Assembly: GCA_905178155.1 (NCBI GenBank)
Contig: CAJINV010000004.1
Span: 6,720,842-6,784,841, forward strand
Source: Amoebophrya sp. A120
Taxonomy: Eukaryota > Protista > Dinoflagellata
Direction: 5' to 3'
DNA: 64,000 nt
Shown here: positions 60,897-64,000 of the stretch, piece by piece
Position numbering within the stretch: the first letter of the stretch is position 1
Layout of the letters: each line of letters opens with the position of its first letter
Made by a program: the position numbers and the translations under genes
Notes under the pieces: generated by a model
What the model was told of the DNA's origin: nothing
The model's database searches: none
Seen by the model: the letters and a program-made list of their open reading frames with translations, nothing else

Positions 60897-63800
60897 ATGG
60901 CGGGACTACAAGCCGACAAGGAAAACTTCAAGATGCTGATGACCGCTGCTTCAGGTTACACTGGTGTCGGCGGGACCAGTTCAGCAGACGAAGGCACCAC
61001 GGCGACTTCAGTACAGCGGAAGACGAGCAAAGAGGCGCAGATGAATGCTCTCTCTGTCTCTGCGCGAGGGAGGACGGCGCAGCAAGGAGGTGAAGCTGCA
61101 CCGGCGCTCAGCACCGGCAATATTTCTAATAGCAGTCGTGCCGAAGTAGACGGAAAAGTGTTAGCCGGAGCATCATCATCAACTGCGAAAGCCCCCGTTG
61201 CCGTGATCGAGGAGGAAGACCCGGAGATGAATCCAGAAGTGACCTCTAGTAGCGACAGTACCGGAAGCAGGAGCAGGACCGCAGGCGCTGCAGTCTCGAA
61301 GATGTCTTCAACAGCGGCGAGGACAGCGACAGCACCACCAGGAGCGATGAACAAAACTGTAGCAAATGTTGACCCGTATGTGGGGTACAGGGTGAAGAGC
61401 AAGCTGACCCTGTTTTTCCTGACTGGCGTGTACGTCTTCTATGGGGTGGTGATGGGAACCTACGTCCCCTTCCTTGTGCCGCTCGAAGCGATGCGTATGG
61501 CTTCCACCTGGCAGAGCGAGTACGTCATTCTGGAAAAAACGTTGTACGGGCTGACCCACGCCATCGCCCCGGTCGTCGGGGCTTTGTCGGACGAAACCTT
61601 CCACAGCTGGGGCAAGCGGCGGCCCTGGTTGGCGGGCGGGTCGCTGTTGGTTGTCTGCGCGTTGACGATCATGTACTTGGCGTCCTCCCAACTGTTTCTC
61701 GGGTTCTACCTGTTCGGCCTGGCGGGCGTCATGGTCGGGAAAAACCTGGTCGTTTCCTGCACGGTCAGCTTCCTCGCGGACGTCGTCCCGTCGAAGCTCA
61801 CCGCGGTGGCCAGCGGCTTCGCGATCTTGCAGTGCGCGGTGGGCTGTTTGATCGGGTTTCTGATCCAGTACTTCCTGGCCGAGAGCGCCGTGCAAAACAC
61901 CTACGTGTTGTTGCTCGCGGTCTTCGTTTTGATCTCCGTGCTTTTCTTCGCGTTCGCCCGAGAGCCACCCAGCGACTTGCACCAAGAACAACGCGGCGGA
62001 GTTTTGGCTGCTTCCGTAGGAGTTGGAGGTGGCAGAAATTTACTTCATCGCAGGGGAGATGAGCAAACGCCGGCGAATTCGAACATGAATTTGCATTCCG
62101 ATCAGAATTACGGCACTATCGACATAAACGACGGGGTAGAAGTAGATGGCGCGGCCACAACCTCCACCGCCGGCGACCCCCAGAGGAACGAGTTGGCAAC
62201 TAAAGATAGATCGGAAGTGGAGAGGCAGAAGCAATCAGAGGCGCTGAAGAAAAACTGGTTCCATGTGCTCTACCACGCGCTGACCGTTTCCTTCGACTAT
62301 CACCTGCTGTTTTGGGTCCGCATTTTCTTCTACTCCTCCTGTGCAATTTTCCCCTTCGCGCTGTTCTACATGCGCGACGCCCTGCTAATTCCCGACAAGG
62401 CGGACGCGATTCGTGTGCTGTCCACGGTGTCGATCCTGGGGCAGGCCTCCCTCGCAGTGTTCGCCGCTTTCGCCGGGCGAATCGTTTCGAAAGCGAAGGA
62501 GCAGTGGTATCTGATGATGACGGGAATCGTCGTTATGGCTGTCATAGGCACTGCAAAAGGATTTTCAATCGGGTTTGTTATCGTACCATATCACAAGTCC
62601 AACCAAGAAGTTTTGCATACTTTTGAAATGATGAAACTGATACGCAAATCTTCATCTTTTTTCATGAAGAAAACAAGCCACATGCACATCATGTGCATAG
62701 CCATAGAAGTCCTGCAAGCATAAAGTTAAGGAAGGTTATGGCCCTCTCCCTCTCGAGGTCGGCGCAAGAGATTTGCTACTCTGACATGCCTGCAACTGTG
62801 TGTTCTACTTTGGCTTTTGTACAAATGCGAGGATCCTTATTTGCACCGCATACGACGTTTACGGCGGGTTGGTGGCGTTGCCCTTTTTCGACAACTACAA
62901 CGTCCCGGGAGGGGGCGCGGTTCATCCCGTAGAAGCGGAGTACTATGCGCACAAGACAAGTACGACAACCACTGCCGCCGATGGAACGACGGAAACCGGT
63001 CCTGGTGCAGGAGCGTCGACGTCGGAAAATAACAGTACTTCTGCTAAACAGCAGCTTCCCTGGGTCGCCATCCATATCTTCTACGTGATTGCCCTGCTGT
63101 ACGGTGCGGCCCAAGCCATGTTTTCCATTGGCGACATGGCGTTGGCGCTCAAGCTGGTGTATGCATCGCAAAGGCATCGTACTAGTATGAATTGCATCAC
63201 AAATTTTGGCAAGAAGAAAAATTGAATTTGTGATGCTGTTTCACCTTAGGAAGGAGATTTGTCATGCATACTTGCAATTAGTACGAGGGAGTGCGATACT
63301 TTTGCACAGGATATGGTGCCGGCAAACGTGGGGAACGGCACGGCCATGGGAATCTTCACCCCGAGTCCGACGTACGGTTTCGTCGTGGGATCGGTCTTCC
63401 TTGGCGTCTTGCTCCGGTTCTTCCAACTGCCGGCGAATGTTTCAGGTGGAGCTAGGTTGTTGAACAAGGATCTACTTCACAGTAGTTCGTCCGGCAGTAC
63501 TTCTACTAGCTCGACTGCATCTTCAACGAGCACCAGTGCGTCAGGTAGTAGTAGTTCTACTTCAGGAACAAGCAATTTGCTGGAGCTCGCGCAGTTCGCC
63601 GGGCAAATGCCGAGTGGGGCAGGAGGAGGTCCTCATGGGGCGGCCGGAGGAATCGCGGATTTTAACGGGGTAAAGTGGACGCCCGAGTTTTCCGTCCTCG
63701 GGCACCAGGCGCTCGCGCTGACCAGCTTCACGTTTGTCGCCTTCGCCTGGATTCTGCTGAGCAAAGTCGACACCGACCGGGCGCTGCTGTTGACGGAAAA

Positions 63801-63978
63801 GGGCATGGAGGAGGAGGAGGAGGATGATCTGGTAACCAAATGCGTGCGCGCGCGCGCGCAGAGCGCGCGCCGGCCCACGAAGCCGGCGCGCGCGCTCTGC
63901 GCGCTTGCGATATTGCTTAGCAAACGCAGCGCGAAGGCAGTTGCCGTTACCATATAGGGCAACCGCCGGGAGGCGTGA
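60897..63978 (+). CDS. MFS transporter paralog 3 (more diverged)
   Basis: LSDETFHSWGKRRPWLAGG, PLEAMRMA, GDMALALKLVPANVGNG and ADFNGVKW motifs shared with paralogs 1 and 2; 3' end inferred through a GT-AG intron at 63832-63957. Confidence 0.8.
63160..63313. mobile_element. Introner family A
   Basis: TATGCATCGCAAAGG...CTTTTGCACAGGATA; TSD TGGTG; removal restores ALKLVPANVGNG. Confidence 0.92.
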
Positions 63979-64000
63979 AGGTCAGGGAAATGGCCAGAAA

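Noticed and set aside
4856-63463. Many short ORFs sharing peptides such as KNVPTPES, MSGSGR, YPVQKYR and RVHNSPSP
   Set aside because: They are translations of introner TIRs, not a protein family
1-64000. tRNA, rRNA, or dinoflagellate spliced-leader relics (CCGTAGCCATTTTGGCTCAAG)
   Set aside because: None recognised by eye; a covariance-model scan would be needed to exclude them

Overview
Eukaryotic, gene-dense DNA with about 11 protein-coding loci, all on the + strand. The architecture matches the parasitic dinoflagellate Amoebophrya (Syndiniales), inferred from intron type and gene co-orientation rather than from a database search. Genes: a GT32-type glycosyltransferase, an androglobin/calpain-like protein, DEAD-box helicase DBP3, a secreted Cys-repeat protein, three paralogous GPH/SLC45-like MFS transporters, an ArfGAP, a ~2046-aa low-complexity protein and hypothetical genes. 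The dominant feature is 41 small (141-327 bp) insertions in coding exons. They start TAT, end ATA (4 have one base changed), carry terminal inverted repeats and are flanked by a 5-bp target duplication (6 bp in one). Removing an element plus one duplicate copy restores the reading frame where I traced it, yet none can be removed precisely as a GT-AG intron. These are introner-like non-canonical introns in at least 5 families. Observations that look new: all 5 mismatched target duplications are synonymous in the host frame; unrelated families share an internal GCATNACARAT motif; both orientations occur; intact copies occur only in exons; and tandem MFS paralogs carry 1 versus 11 copies. Larger non-coding elements: two TTA...TAA elements with 5-bp TSDs (one splits an exon, one is a 1.86-kb foldback), a Helentron-like pair, and a 2-kb TIR element with satellite arrays. 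No transposase was seen. Coordinates were read by eye.
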